Source: Eledone cirrhosa
Lineage: Eukaryota
Assembly (NCBI GenBank): GCA_964016885.1
Contig: OZ024763.1
Span: 1 to 64,000, forward strand
Length of the DNA: 64,000 bases
Direction of reading: 5' to 3'
A program made the translations under genes and the position numbers. How positions within the stretch are numbered: position 1 is the stretch's first letter; each line of letters begins with the position of its first letter. The notes under the pieces were generated by a model. That model saw only the letters and a list, made by a program, of their open reading frames with translations, searched no databases and was not told the origin of the DNA. Below, one piece after another: positions 1 to 11,460 of the stretch.

Positions 1-1140
1 ACACATACATATACACACACACATACAAAAAAAAAATAGAATTCGAGGAAGAGGAGGAAAAAGAAGGAACTGACAAAAACAGGAAGTCTCCAAGCGGCTT
101 TCTTCCATCTTATATTAACTAAACTAACTTCTATCACTTGGAAGAAATGTCTGTAACACACTAACATTGGAGGGGAGGGGGTGTTTTGGTTCTTTTTCTT
201 CTTTCTTTTTTTCTTCTTTTTCTTTCTTTCTTGCTGAATTTGAAAAGAATTGTCTTTTTTTTCTTTTTATTTCTCTGTCTTGGAAGAAAGTGAATCCCAA
301 GAGATAGATAGATAGATAGAGTGTGTGTGTGTGTGTTTGTGTGAGTTAGCGAGAAGAGAGAAAAAGAAACCAGTGTGTTGTGTGAGAGAGAAAGAAGGGG
401 GGAAAGAAAGAGTGAGAAAGACAGGCAGAGGGACAAGCCAGCGAGAGAGAGAGGGTGAGTGAAGATAGCAAGAGAGAGGGAGAGAGAGAGAGAGAGATTG
501 AGTGAAGATAGGAAGGGAGGAGAGAGAGATTGAGTGAAGATAACAAGGGAGAGAGAGAGAGAGAGAGAAGCCATCGATATATATATATATATTATATATA
601 TACACATATACACACATACACACGTATATGTGTGTGTATGTCAGTTGAGAGGGAGAAGACAGTGATCTATGTATTTGTTTGTATGTGTTTGAAGATAGAG
701 GGAGACATGAAGAGAGAAATGAATTTTTCACACGTTGTCCACACGTCTTGAAACACCTCTTACATAACTACAAAGCTCCGGATTGAATCACAACATCCTA
801 ATTTTCTTATCAACTAGAAACTTTTCGGACTTTCGCAGTTATCTCCCTTACACCTCTCGCACGCTTTTTAGTATTGCCTGTGTGAAGTGACGGTTTCTGC
901 GGATGCGCGTTTGTACGGTTTGTCCTTCCTGTTCCGTATAACTATGTCCATTACGAGCTGAGGATCCACAAAGGTGAAACAATTGTTCTCGGTATGGTGA
1001 ACTAACTGTTGTGTAACCACTTCTACCTAACTCGTACCATGGACTGAGTGCTCTACCACTACGGATATTACCTTCCAGTGTTCTACCACTATATATATAT
1101 ATATATATATCCAATGTGTATATGTGTATATATATATATA

Positions 1141-1489
1141 TCATCATCATCATCATCATCATTTCATTTTACGTCCACTTTTCCCTGCTTGCAAGGGTGG
1201 GACGGGAACTGATTCTGGCTTGATTTCTACAGCTGGATGCCCTTCCTAACACCAACCTCATTTACAGTGAGTGCTGGGTGCTTTTTTGCCGCGGCCCTTC
1301 CACGATCACTTTGCAGTGGAATGATATGGACCCCAGTCCCTATCATCTCATTTCTACAGCTGAGTAAACTGGAGCAATGTGAAATAAAGTGCCTTGCTCA
1401 AGGAAACAACACATCAACCGGTCTGAGAATTGAACTCACAACCTTTCGATTGCAAGGCCAATGCTCTAACCACTAAGCCATGTGCCTCC
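1141..1489 (-). mobile_element. tRNA-derived CORE-type SINE with RTE family A 3' tail
   Basis: Minus strand: GGAGGCACATGGCTTAGTGG (A box), GAGTTCAATTCTC (B box), CCTTGAGCAAGGCACTT...CTCAGCTGTAGAAATG (resembles the MIR/CORE domain), GGTTGGTGTTAGGAAGGGCATCCAGCTGTAG module, then tail CCCGTCCCACCCTTGCAAGCAGGGAAAAGTGGACGTAAAATG(ATG)n matching the RTE end at 3673-3728. Confidence 0.9.
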
Positions 1490-1507
1490 ATATATATATA
1501 TATCCAA

Positions 1508-1550
<43 letters not shown>

Positions 1551-1717
1551 TGCCAGAATGAAGAAAAATAAGGAAGTGTGATTGCATAATAAAAAAAAAC
1601 ACCCCCAAAAAAGAGATGAAGAAAAAGAACTACCACTACTACTACTACTACTACGACTACTACTGCTACCACTACTACCACTATAACTACTACTACTACC
1701 CACTACCACCACTACTA

Positions 1718-1750
<33 letters not shown>

Positions 1751-1989
1751 GGTTGTCTTTTGGAACAGACAAAATGGAGGTATTGGTTCTGAAATGATGG
1801 AATAGATATTTGATAGAATTTCCTGACAGTTGCCATTGTCTCTAACAATGTCTTCACATTCTTTTAACTTCTTTTAACACTTACAAACACTGGATTACAC
1901 ACTTTTTACTTACTATTCTCTCTCTCTGTCTTTCTCTGTCTCTGTCTTTCTCTCTCTTTCTCTCTATCTGTCTTTCTCTCTCTCTGTCC

Positions 1990-2036
<47 letters not shown>

Positions 2037-2172
2037 CTCTCTCTTTATCTCTTTTTATCTCTCTTTATCTCTCTCTCTGTCTCTCTCTCTTTATCTCTCT
2101 CTCTGTCTCTCTCTCTCTGTCCTCTCTTTGTCTCTCTCTCTGTCTCTCTTTGTCTCTCTCTCTGTCTCTCTT

Positions 2173-2219
<47 letters not shown>

Positions 2220-2334
2220 GTCTCCTCTCTCTTTATCTCTTTTTATCTCTTTTTATCTCTCTTTATCTCTTTTATCTCTCTTTATCTCTCTCTCTGTCTC
2301 TCTCTCTCTCTGTCTCTCTCTCTCTGTCTCTCTT

Positions 2335-2383
<49 letters not shown>

Positions 2384-2451
2384 TTTTTTTCTTTCTCCCT
2401 CTATTATTGTTGACAAATATATGCATCTTTTAAGTCTAACTTTTGGCTCCT

Positions 2452-2527
<76 letters not shown>

Positions 2528-2603
2528 ATGAAAAATATCTATATACATCTCTCTCTCTCTCCCTCTCTCTCCTCTCTCTCTCTCTCTCTCCCTCTCCTCT
2601 CTC

Positions 2604-2671
<68 letters not shown>

Positions 2672-3096
2672 TGTGTGTGTGGTCTGACATTAGCTGTAAC
2701 AAGAAAACACCACCACCAACAACACCACCACCACCAACAACACCACCGCCGCCACCACCACCACCACCACCACCACCAATAACAGTATATAAATATAAAT
2801 ATATAATTTGAAGAAGATCTAGAGATCAGCTTGTGATTGAAATCTTCTCCAAGTTCTGACAAGCATTCATGTGTGAATATATTCCTGTCTGTTACACAGT
2901 GACTGGAATGATGGGGTGGGGGGGGGGGGGGGGGGGGTACAGAGAGAAAGAGAGAGAGATGGTGATACACATGCATACACTTACATACACACACACATTC
3001 ATAAATACATACACACGCAACAATTGTTTATGTATTTGCGCGAATGTATATGTGCGTGTATGTGTGTGTGGTGTATATATATATATATATATATAT

Positions 3097-3728
3097 ATAG
3101 AAGTAGTGGATAGCTTCCGGTACCTAGGAGATCAGATTAGAATGGGAGGAGGGTGTTCCGAGGCCATAGTATCTAGAATAAGGACGGGTTGGAAGAAGTT
3201 TAGGGAGCTGCTTCCTCTGTTGACGAAGAAGGGTTTCTCCCTGCGTACGAAAGGCCGGTTGTATGATGCCTGTGTGAGGAGCGCGATGCTGCATGGGTTG
3301 CTGAGACATGGGCAGCAACTGCAGATGATATGCAACGGCTGGAGAGAAATGAGGCAAGCATGCTCCGTTGGATGTGCAGTGTCAATGTGTGTGAACGACC
3401 CAGCATGGATGTGTTGAGAGAGAAACTGTGTCTGAGAGGGATAGAATGTAGTGTATGGGAGAGGAGACTGAGGTGGTATGGACATGTGAAGCGCATGGAG
3501 GATGACCGATGGGTGAAGAAGTGCCAGGAAATGCCAGTTGAAGGAAGATGTGGTAGAGGTAAACCATGGAAAACATGGGCGGAGGTGGTGAGAACAGACC
3601 TCGGATCATTGAAGCTCACGGTGGAGATGACGAAGGACCGTGACGAGTGGAGAGATGCTGTGCTGAATAAGACCCGTCCCACCCTTGCAAGCAGGGAAAA
3701 GCGGACGTAAAATGATGATGATGATGAT
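3097..3728 (+). mobile_element. 5'-truncated RTE-clade LINE, family A (frameshifted)
   Basis: IEVVDSFRYLG...LYDACVRSAMLHG, frameshift near 3296-3303, then ERRLRWYGHVKR, GRGKPWKTW, TRPTLASREKRT*; (GAT)n tail; near-identical to 18700-19340. Confidence 0.95.
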
Positions 3729-3792
3729 ATATATATATATATATATGTATATGCTTGACTGGGTCACGTAAGAAACACTCTTTAGTTTTTTA

Positions 3793-3835
3793 TGCCCTTG
3801 AGAAGCCCTTTCGGGCGAAACGTACGTAGGTGCTG
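3793..3835 (+). ncRNA. minimal type I hammerhead ribozyme motif, U3-A8 core variant
   Basis: TTGAGAA-GCCC tttc GGGC-GAAA-CGTACG-TA-GGTGC; perfect stem II, palindromic helix III (ACGTACGT), GUA triplet, imperfect stem I; AATAAA follows. Confidence 0.6.
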
Positions 3836-3883
3836 TTTTAAATAAACATGTTTTAACGGTTTGTTCTCCTTTATATACTTCTT

Positions 3884-3914
<31 letters not shown>

Positions 3915-3918
<4 letters not shown>

Positions 3919-4131
3919 ACACTGTAAAGTGGTTGTGTAGGTGACATGGTAAAAAGTACCCAGTACTCACTGTAAATGAGGTTGGTGTTAGGAAGGGCAT
4001 CCAGCTGTAGACACCAAGCCAAAATCAGTTCTGTATGACTGAAACACGGTCCTCCGACCAGATCTCACACAAAGGGCCAGCCCGTCCTACCCATGCTGGC
4101 TTGGAAAATGGATGTTAAACGATGATGATGA
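3915..4131 (+). mobile_element. headless SINE / RTE 3'-UTR fragment
   Basis: CACTGTAAATGAGGTTGGTGTTAGGAAGGGCATCCAGCTGTAG module and CCCGTCCTACCCATGCTGGC...GTTAAACGATGATG tail. Confidence 0.75.
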
Positions 4132-4154
4132 TATATATATATATATCATCATCA

Positions 4155-4533
4155 TTGGCAGTATCGGTAGAGGGTCGGACGCCATGCTTTCAGCATAGTT
4201 ACGTCCCTTTACGATCTGAGTTCAAATCCCGCCGAGGTTGACTTTGCCTTTCATCCTTACGGGGTCGATAAAATAAAGTACCAGTAATGCACTGGGTAAT
4301 TGCTGGCCTTGTGCCTAAAGTAGAAACAATTATATATATATTAGGGCGGTGGATTGGCAGTGTCGGTAGAGGGTCGGGCGCCATGCTTTGACGCATAGAG
4401 TTACGGTCCTTGCCATTCTGAGTTCAAATCCCGCCGAGGTTAACTTTGCCTTTCATCCTTACGGGGTCGATAAAATAAAGTACCAGTAATGCACTGGGGT
4501 AATTGCTGGCCTTGTGCCAAAAGTAGAAACAAT
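4155..4533 (+). mobile_element. two tandem Nin/Deu-domain-like tRNA SINEs
   Basis: Each has TGGCAGTRTCGG (A-box-like), GAGTTCAAATCCCGCC (B box), GCCTTTCATCCTTACGGGGTCGATAAAATAAAGTACCAG (Nin-like domain) and tail GCTGGCCTTGTGCC.AAAGTAGAAACAATT. Confidence 0.85.
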
Positions 4534-4550
4534 TATATATATATATACAA

Positions 4551-4588
<38 letters not shown>

Positions 4589-4779
4589 TAAAACATGTCT
4601 ATAGAATCACCAGATAAAATATATACCATTTCCTCTCCCAATTAGCATAATTAACCATATAAAAAATCGATTAGACCAAGCTATAAGAATAAAGGCTTCT
4701 ATGAAGAAATCTCCGACAAATAACCGAAAGCAGCCCTTCGCGTCGGTTGCGACGGAATATTTATCGAGTATTTCGACAG

Positions 4780-4832
<53 letters not shown>

Positions 4833-4873
4833 CGAAACATAAGTCAATTGCATGAACTCATAATCCTTTATTT

Positions 4874-4929
4874 ACTGCTATATATATTTCGATGATAGCC
4901 ATTGAGTGGCTATGACCTCATCAGGCAGT
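4874..4929 (-). ncRNA. minimal type I hammerhead ribozyme motif
   Basis: ACTGC-CTGATGA-GGTCATAGCCA ctcaa TGGCTATCATC-GAAA-TATATA-TA-GCAGT; 5-bp perfect stem I, long stem II, palindromic helix III. Confidence 0.8.
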
Positions 4930-5340
4930 TAGTCAGTTCTTAGATATGCCAGCTCTGTGTTTATGGTGTTGATTGTATCAGAGTCTTGGGACATGAGCTT
5001 GTTAGGAATAATTTAATGTTGTCAGCAGGAATAATCTTAATTCTCATTGGTCAGTTTGTAGATGCTAGTAGGGTTGGTATTTGACCTCAAAGAGGCAGGT
5101 GGTGTTGTAAAGTTCAAACCATCAGGCAAGATGACAATATGACTGATTTTCACAAAAAGCATTCCTGGTCAGATATATATTCAATTGGGGTTTATAGTAT
5201 GAAATTCGATACTACAGGTCAATCTTGAATTGAGGAATTTATGTAGGGTGGTGCTTCTGAAAATTATGGTTAGAGTAGAATACTTGAAAATTTACATATA
5301 AAAAGACTTATGTTGGTTGACTTGCACATACATTCACACC
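4930..5340 (-). mobile_element. possible decayed Penelope-like element 3' region
   Basis: Lies directly upstream of the hammerhead on the minus strand; 5170-5196 translates YKPQLNIYL, resembling the KPxLN end of PLE GIY-YIG domains; no intact frame. Confidence 0.3.
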
Positions 5341-5369
5341 CATATATATATATATAAGTAGTAACACAA

Positions 5370-5590
5370 CAGTTAGTCCACGCTGTAATGTGGTCGTGTA
5401 GGTAACACGGTAAAAAGTTCCCAGTTCCACACTGTAAATGTGGTTGGTGTTAGGAAGGGCATCCAGCCGTAGAAAACCTGCCAGATAGTCCTATATGAGC
5501 AAGACACGGTCACCCGACCAACCTTGCCTCAAGTGGGACAACTCTAGCGTGGAAAGTGGCCGTTAAACGAAGATGATGATGATGATGATG
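5370..5590 (+). mobile_element. RTE family B 3'-UTR-like fragment
   Basis: Matches 27148-27360 (GTCCACGCTGTAATGTGG...AGGAAGGGCATCC...TTGCCTCAAGTGGGA...GTTAAACGA(GAT)n). Confidence 0.8.
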
Positions 5591-5727
5591 TACGTGTGTG
5601 TGTGTGTGTATTATACAAACATATATAAAATACATATATACACTCACCAGTGGATGTAATATAAAGGATGTTTTGGGGTTATTGAGGTGAGGCTGGTTAT
5701 TTTGTTTATGAAATGAATATTGAACAA

Positions 5728-5758
<31 letters not shown>

Positions 5759-6896
5759 TACACTGACACACACACACTGACAGACATTCACACATACACT
5801 GATATACACACATACTCTGACACATACATACACTGACACACATACACACTGACACACATACTGACACATACACACTGAAATACATACATACTCACACACA
5901 TACATACACTGACACACACACACTGACAGACATTCACACATACAGACTTTCACACATACACTGATAGACACATACTCTGACACATCCATTCACTGACACA
6001 CATACATACACTGACACATACACACACTGAAATACATACATACATACACACTGACACACATACATACTGACACACATACACACTGACACACATACTGAGA
6101 TACAGAGAGGAGGGACCGATGGGGATAGGGGATGGAGAGAGAGAAGGGGATAAGGGAGGGAGATAGAGAGGGGGGATAGGGGAGGGAGATAGAGAGATGA
6201 GGGAGAAAGGGAGATAGGGGAGAGAAGGGATAGAGGAGGGATAGAGAGGGGGATAAGGGAGGGAGATAGAGAGATAAGGAGGGATAGAGGCGGATACGGG
6301 AGGGAGAGAGAGAAGGGGATAGGGGAGGGAGACAGAGAGAGAAGGAGGGAGAGAGGGGGTAGGGGAGCGAGACAGGGAGAGAAAGTGAGAGATACAGGAA
6401 GAGGGAGAAAGGGGGGAGAGAGAGGAGGTTCAGAAAGAGAAAGGGTGATTGCCGAGGGAGAGATGGTGTGAGTGTGTGTTGGGAGAGAGACGAGTGAGAG
6501 AAAGAGAGATGGACAGGGAAAGAAAGGGGGATAGTGGAGGGATAGAAGGAATGAGAGAGTGTGTTGCGAGAGAGAGGAGAGACAGAGAGAGGAAGATAAA
6601 GAGGAAGGGGGATATGTGGGAGAGAAAGTGAGAAAGAGTGAAAGTCTGACTTAATCTGTTTGTAACCTGTATTTTTTTCTCTCCTCTCTTCTCTCCACCA
6701 CCTTCATCTCTCTCTCTCTCTTACTCTCTCTCACTTTCTGTCTCACTTTCTCTCTCTTTCTGTCTCTCTCTTACTCTCTCTCTCACTTTCTCGCTCTTAC
6801 TCTCTCTTTCTTACTGTCTTTCTCTCTCTCTTTCTCTCGCTATCTTTCACTATCTCTTTCTCTGTCTCTCTCTATCTCTTTCTCTATCTCTTTCTC

Positions 6897-6927
<31 letters not shown>

Positions 6928-6934
6928 ATCTCTT

Positions 6935-6966
<32 letters not shown>

Positions 6967-7406
6967 GTCTCTCTCTCTCTCGTCTCTCTCTCTCGTCTCT
7001 CTCTCTTTCTCACCAACGCCACCAACAACAACAAAACTACATCACTACTTCATCAGCCCACTTTGCTTCTTCCATTGGATAAACTGGACTTAGAAGGGAA
7101 TTGTGGGTAATGAAGCATGATGGGATAGCTGACGACATGTAATCTTCCATTTTTGCTGCCTTTCATTACATTTTTTTGCCTTTTTTTAAACTCAGTATTT
7201 GCTTCTTTCTCAGCTGATAGCCGCCCCCATCTCTGAGATATATAATAAATGTAATGGTTGCCTAAATAAACACAGCAATTTGGAACCATTCCTGGTGATT
7301 AAACACACAGAGAAAGAACTCAGGAAAGCAAAGCCGGAGTCTAATGGTTTGATTCAGTGAATATGTTGGGCAAAATATATATATGAATGATGAGAAAAAG
7401 AAAATA

Positions 7407-7446
<40 letters not shown>

Positions 7447-7533
7447 GTGTGTGTATATATGTGTGTATGTATATATATATATATATATATGTGTGTGTAT
7501 ATATGTGTGTATGTATCTATATATATATGTATA

Positions 7534-7570
<37 letters not shown>

Positions 7571-7647
7571 GCATAGATTATGTATATATATATATATATA
7601 TGTGTATATATATGTGTGTATATATGTATATAATGTATATATATATG

Positions 7648-7725
<78 letters not shown>

Positions 7726-7732
7726 CATATAT

Positions 7733-7764
<32 letters not shown>

Positions 7765-7831
7765 GTATAGATATATATATATGTCATCATCATCGTTTAA
7801 CGTCTATCTTCCATGCTAGCATAGGTTAGAC

Positions 7832-7980
<149 letters not shown>

Positions 7981-8089
7981 CATACATATATAGATATGTA
8001 TATTTATATAAGCAGGTGGAATATACGATATATATATTTATACACACACACACATATATATATATATATACACATATATATGTATATAT

Positions 8090-8154
<65 letters not shown>

Positions 8155-8399
8155 TGTATTTTCCGTGCTGTCAAGTAAGTTCAGAGATGCATGAAAATGA
8201 CTAAATGTCATCAATATGCAATGGCGGCAACATTCTTTTTCTGTTTGTTCTCCCTCTCCCCTTTCCCCACTCCCTGTCTTTCCTCTTTCTCATTGATAAG
8301 GAGGGTATCCCAGAGGACGACACTAACACTGGACAGCAACATCGCGATAATAATAATAACAATAATGCTAATGGTAATGGGAATGGTTTTATTTATAAT

Positions 8400-9252
8400 A
8401 ATTGTTTCTACTTTTGGCACAAGGCCAGCAATTACCCAGTGTATTACTGCTACTTTATTTTATCGACCCCGTAAGGATGTTTTATTTATAATAATAATGG
8501 TAATAATAATTATTTATAATAATAATGGTAATAATAATGGTTTTTACTTTTGGCACAAGGCCAGCAATTATGCCAGTGTATTACTGGTACTTTATTTTAT
8601 CGACCCCCGTAAGGATGTTTTATTTATAATAATAATGGTAATAATAATTGTTTCTACTTTTGGCACAAGGCCAGCAATTACCCCAGTGTATTACTGGTAC
8701 TTTATTTTATCGACCCCCGTAAGGATGTTTTATTTATAATAATAATGGTAATAATAATTGTTTCTACTTTTGGCACAAGGCCAGCAATTACCCCAGTGTA
8801 TTACTGGTACTTTATTTTATAGACCCCATAAAGATGTTTTATAATAATAATGGTAATAATAATGGTTTTTACTTTTGGCACAAGGCCAGCAATTACCCCA
8901 GTGTATTACTGGTACTTTATTTTATCGACCCCCATAAGGATGTTTTATTTATAATAATAATGGTAATAATAATTGTTTCTACTTTTGGCACAAGGCCAGC
9001 AAATACCCCAGTGCATTACTGGTACTTTATTTTATTCACCCTGTAAGGATGAAAGGCAAAGTTAATAATTGTTTCTACTTTAGGCACAAGGCCAGCAATT
9101 ACCCCAGTGTATTACTGGTACTTTACTTTATCGACCCCGTAAGGATGAAAGGCAAAGTTAACCTCGGCGGGATTTGAACTCAGAGATCATAAAGGGACGT
9201 AACTATGCTGGAAAGCATGGCCTCCGACCCTCTACCGATACTGCCAATCCAC
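8400..9252 (-). repeat. Nin-type SINE with its 3' half tandemly amplified (~8 copies, ~90-120 bp period)
   Basis: Unit TTTCTACTTTTGGCACAAGGCCAGCAATTACCCCAGTGTATTACTGGTACTTTATTTTATCGACCCC repeated with (AAT)n linkers; single tRNA head at about 9150-9252. Confidence 0.85.
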
Positions 9253-9346
9253 AAAGTTAATAATGATGAAAATATTGATAATGCTAATGATGATAATAAT
9301 AATGATTTCTTTATCATCATCATCATCATCATTTTATGTCGCTTTT

Positions 9347-9391
<45 letters not shown>

Positions 9392-9396
<5 letters not shown>

Positions 9397-9563
9397 CAAA
9401 GAGGGTGTGGTAAGGAACCAGGTGGACCATAGCGCACCAGAGTACTCAATACTTAGGGTAGTAGAGTGGGAAATAGGAAAAGAGTCAGAACACCGACGGC
9501 TGAGCTTTGGCCGTTTCTGTGTGAAACGGCTGGAGCTCAGCCGTCGGTGTTCTGACTCTTTTC
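9392..9563. mobile_element. putative PLE-type terminal fragment with inverted duplication
   Basis: Arms 9477-9517 and 9523-9563 form a near-perfect palindrome; same family at 30285-30412 and 52410-52533. Confidence 0.5.
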
Positions 9564-9632
<69 letters not shown>

Positions 9633-9748
9633 TCAATTGGCGATAACCATATTGAGTAAGGTACTCAGTACATAGCAGAGTATTAAGAGGGCTTTCCTGA
9701 TGATTTCCTTTGAATGAAACAGTTCTAGTCCTTTAGAAGCCATTTCTT

Positions 9749-9783
<35 letters not shown>

Positions 9784-10007
9784 CGTTTCTGAATTTGTTT
9801 AGCAAGATTCTTTATCTGAAATCGTGTGTTGAAACCGATATTGTTATACTTTGGGAGGGTCATGTTGCCAATAAGAAACACACGCACCAGTTGCTTTCAC
9901 TTCAATTTATTATATATTTATAAATTTATAAATTTACAAATCTACAAACTTATATATTTCTGGTTGGTTGGTTGGTTGGTTCCACAACCAGATAGTTGTT
10001 TATATAT

Positions 10008-10052
10008 AGTCATAGTCCTTTCGTCACACACTCTGTGACCTCTTCAGTGACT
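10008..10052 (-). ncRNA. minimal type I hammerhead ribozyme motif
   Basis: AGTCA-CTGAAGA-G-GTCACA gagtg TGTGAC-GAAA-GGAC-TA-TGACT; perfect 5-bp stem I and 6-bp stem II. Confidence 0.75.
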
Positions 10053-10272
10053 GGGGATTCCTTTCTTTGTTTCTGTGCCTTTCCTTTCTTCTGTCCTACG
10101 CCATTTTGTTTAGAAACAAAATTGGCGTAAGTGCCATACTAAGAGTGAGAAATGAAATATATATATATAAAGAATTTGAAGTTTGGAAGCCAACACAATG
10201 CGGGTTTGGACAGAGAATAATTAAAGCGTAAGAAACAGGGCTTTTTTTTTTTTACCTTCATTTATTCGTATG

Positions 10273-10310
10273 TCCTGATATTTTGAGACTAATATCTCTT
10301 CTTCCGAGGA
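10273..10310 (-). ncRNA. degenerate hammerhead motif
   Basis: TCCT-CGGAAGA-A-GAGA tattag TCTC-AAAA-TA-TC-AGGA; stems intact, two core substitutions. Confidence 0.35.
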
Positions 10311-10524
10311 AAATAAAGGAACTATTCCAGTGTGACTTGGAATACCAAGCCACATTGGACACTTTAAATTCTTTAAACCATATACAATGCTTCAAGTAAA
10401 CTACAAATATATATATATATATTTGTAGTATATATATATATATTTGTTTAGCTGTTATTTAGAGAAATATAATATATATATATGTATATATATTACATAT
10501 ATATATATATATACATACATATTA

Positions 10525-10716
10525 ATAATTGTTTCTACTTTTTGGCACAAGGCCAGCAATACCCAGTGCATTACTGGTACTTTATTTTATCGACCCCGTA
10601 AGGATGAAAGGCAAAGTTAAGCTCAGTGGGATTTGAACTCAGAATGGCAAGGGCCGTAACTCTATGCGTCAAAGCATGGTGTCCGACCCTCTACCGATAC
10701 TGCCAATCCACCACCC
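10525..10716 (-). mobile_element. Nin-type tRNA SINE
   Basis: Reverse complement of the 4344-4533 sequence. Confidence 0.85.
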
Positions 10717-10778
10717 CATACATAATAATAATGTTTCTACTATAGGCACAAGGCCAGCAATTTGAAGGGGACAGGGTT

Positions 10779-11460
10779 CACTCAGCTGTAGAAATGAGTT
10801 GTGACGTCACTGGTGCCAAGCTGTATCAGCCATTGCCTTTCTCTTGGACAACATCATGTATATATACAGTGTATATATACAGTGTATATATAGTGTATAT
10901 ATAGTGTATATATAATGTGTATATATAGTTGTGATGTCACTGGTGCCAAGCTGTATCAGCCATTGCCTTTCCCTTGGACATAGTGTATATACAGTGTATA
11001 TATAGTGTATATATAGTGTATATATAGTGTATATATAATGTATATATAATGTGTATATAGTGTATATATAGTTGTGATGTCACTGGTGCCAAGCTGTATC
11101 AGTCATTGCCTTTCCCTTGGACATTGTGTATATACAGTGTATATATATTGTATATATAGTGTATATATAATGTATATATAATGTGTATATAGTGTATATA
11201 TAGTTGTGATGTCACTGGTGCCAAGCTGTATCAGCCATTGCCTTTCCCTTGGACATAGTGTATATACAGTGTATATATAGTGTATAGATAATGTATATAT
11301 AGTGTATATATAGTTGTAATGCCTTTCCCTTGGACAACATCGGTGGCATAGAGAGGGGGGGGGGGCTGGTATGTGTGGGCGACTCCTGGTCTTTCACAAA
11401 CAAATCTTGCCCGGACTTGTGCCTCTGAGGGGAACTTGCTAGGTGCAGTGACTTGAAGTC
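10779..11460 (+). mobile_element. headless CORE-type SINE with an internal 53-bp segment repeated 4-5 times
   Basis: CTCAGCTGTAGAAATGAG, then GTTGTGAYGTCACTGGTGCCAAGCTGTATCAGCCATTGCCTTTCCCTTGGACA repeated with (TATATAGTG)n spacers, then a unique continuation. Confidence 0.7.

Noticed and set aside
9690-9730. CTGATGA...GAAACAGTTC hammerhead candidate
   Set aside because: Weak stem II with a U-U closing pair and no stem I pairing.
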